Shown here: positions 63,370-64,000 of the stretch, in pieces | Position numbering within the stretch: position 1 is the first letter of the stretch | Layout of the letters: each line of letters starts with the position of its first letter | DNA from: an uncultured Gammaproteobacteria bacterium | GTDB lineage: Bacteria; Patescibacteriota; Microgenomatia; UBA8517 | Length of the DNA: 64,000 bases | Direction: 5' to 3' | Assembly (NCBI GenBank): GCA_964568925.1 | Contig: CAZMSJ010000001.1 | Location: 1,115 to 65,114 of the forward strand | Notes under the pieces: generated by a model | What the model saw: the letters and a program-made list of their open reading frames with translations, nothing else | The model's database searches: none | Told to the model about the DNA's origin: nothing | Made by a program: the position numbers and the translations under genes

Positions 63370-64000
63370 ATGAAATTTACCGTACTTCGAAAAGACTTTG
63401 CTAAAGTAGTATCGTTTGCAAGCAGATTCGTTTCACCACGTGTACAACTTCCAATACTTTCTAATATTTTAGTAACGACTGATAAAACAAAACTTGTTAT
63501 TCAAGCAACGAACCTCGAGATGTCCTTCTCTACTACCATAGGAGCCCAAATAGAAACGGAAGGATCAATCGCACTTCCTGCACGAGTACTCTCTGACCTT
63601 GCAAGTCATATGAGTGGGGAAAGTTTAACGGCGGAGATTGTGAAAGAATCATTAACTCTAACCGCTGAAGGATTCTCTTCTCAGATAGCAGCTCTAAACG
63701 CTCGCGATTTTCCACCGATTGCAACAACTCTTTCAGAACAAGCGGTTACTCTTCCTGAAACATTTATTCATGCGATTAATCACTTGTTGTTTGCAACCAG
63801 TACCGATGAAGCAAGACCTGTGTTAACTGGTATTTTGTTTTTAGTAACTGAAAATGGATTAACGTGTGTGTCCTCTGATGGATTCCGATTAAGTAAATAT
63901 GAATTAGAGATCTCTGAGGACGCAATTACGGCGCTTGGCGTAAATGATCGGTTCATCATCCCGAAGACCGCCTTGAGCGAATTTGTGAAGTTAGCAGGGG
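63370..64000 (+). CDS. dnaN: DNA polymerase III beta sliding clamp (N-terminal part, continues beyond window)
   Basis: MKFTVLRKDFAKVVSFASRFVS...LVIQATNLEMSF... Confidence 0.8.
   Translation, partial: MKFTVLRKDFAKVVSFASRFVSPRVQLPILSNILVTTDKTKLVIQATNLEMSFSTTIGAQIETEGSIALPARVLSDLASHMSGESLTAEIVKESLTLTAEGFSSQIAALNARDFPPIATTLSEQAVTLPETFIHAINHLLFATSTDEARPVLTGILFLVTENGLTCVSSDGFRLSKYELEISEDAITALGVNDRFIIPKTALSEFVKLAG

Overview
This AT-rich window (about 35-40% GC by eye) is mostly plain housekeeping genes from a small-genome, Gram-positive-like bacterium, with one compositionally foreign island that I think is the part worth attention. Everything below was read by eye from the sequence and the ORF track; no searches were run.

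Housekeeping content:
- Replication origin region at the right end: rpmH-rnpA-yidD-yidC-jag on the minus strand, then dnaA, a cluster of TTATCCACA-type DnaA boxes with an AT-rich stretch, and dnaN.
- Heat-shock genes: hrcA-grpE-dnaK at the left end with a partial CIRCE element at the hrcA 5' end, and groES-groEL with a good CIRCE upstream of groES.
- Translation and nucleic-acid genes: rpsT, metG, tsaD, rplY, rnhA, two UvrD-type helicases, rmuC, a CheY-like receiver protein, and a minus-strand tRNA-Cys(GCA) with an encoded CCA end.
- A large cell-envelope set: murJ, pilN/pilO-like genes, several GT39/83-like membrane glycosyltransferases, an LCP-family protein, two FemAB-like genes, a GT2 glycosyltransferase with a QxxRW motif, a MraY/WecA-like transferase, a UbiA prenyltransferase, an M23 peptidase, a VanW-like protein and an O-antigen-ligase-like protein.
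- Secreted Cys-rich or Thr/Pro-rich proteins ending in LPxAG plus a transmembrane tail, which look like sortase substrates.

The island (about 40.1-44.95 kb) lies between groES and a TrmB-family regulator. Its GC is about 47-55% by eye against the 35-40% background. It holds only uncharacterised genes on the minus strand, arranged as two modules with the same pattern: a conserved leader with a 14-bp near-palindrome, then small protein gene(s), then a conserved cccccac...gtggggg hairpin, then members of a paralogous protein family. The first module ends with a GC-rich 305-aa protein. I could not identify a mobility gene at the borders or link any of these proteins to a known family from memory. 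It is the best candidate for a new system, possibly a co-regulated defence, toxin/immunity or secreted-effector unit, but that is a guess.

Other things worth a second look:
- A convergent TrmB regulator next to a tightly packed minus-strand operon (sugar-type substrate-binding protein, Pol-beta nucleotidyltransferase, 683-aa unknown) with no permease or ATPase nearby.
- A promoter-proximal structured leader ahead of a zinc-ribbon mini-protein, divergent from tRNA-Cys.
- A 490-nt gene-free, hairpin-rich intergenic region at 19110-19597.

No CRISPR array, transposase or integrase was recognised.
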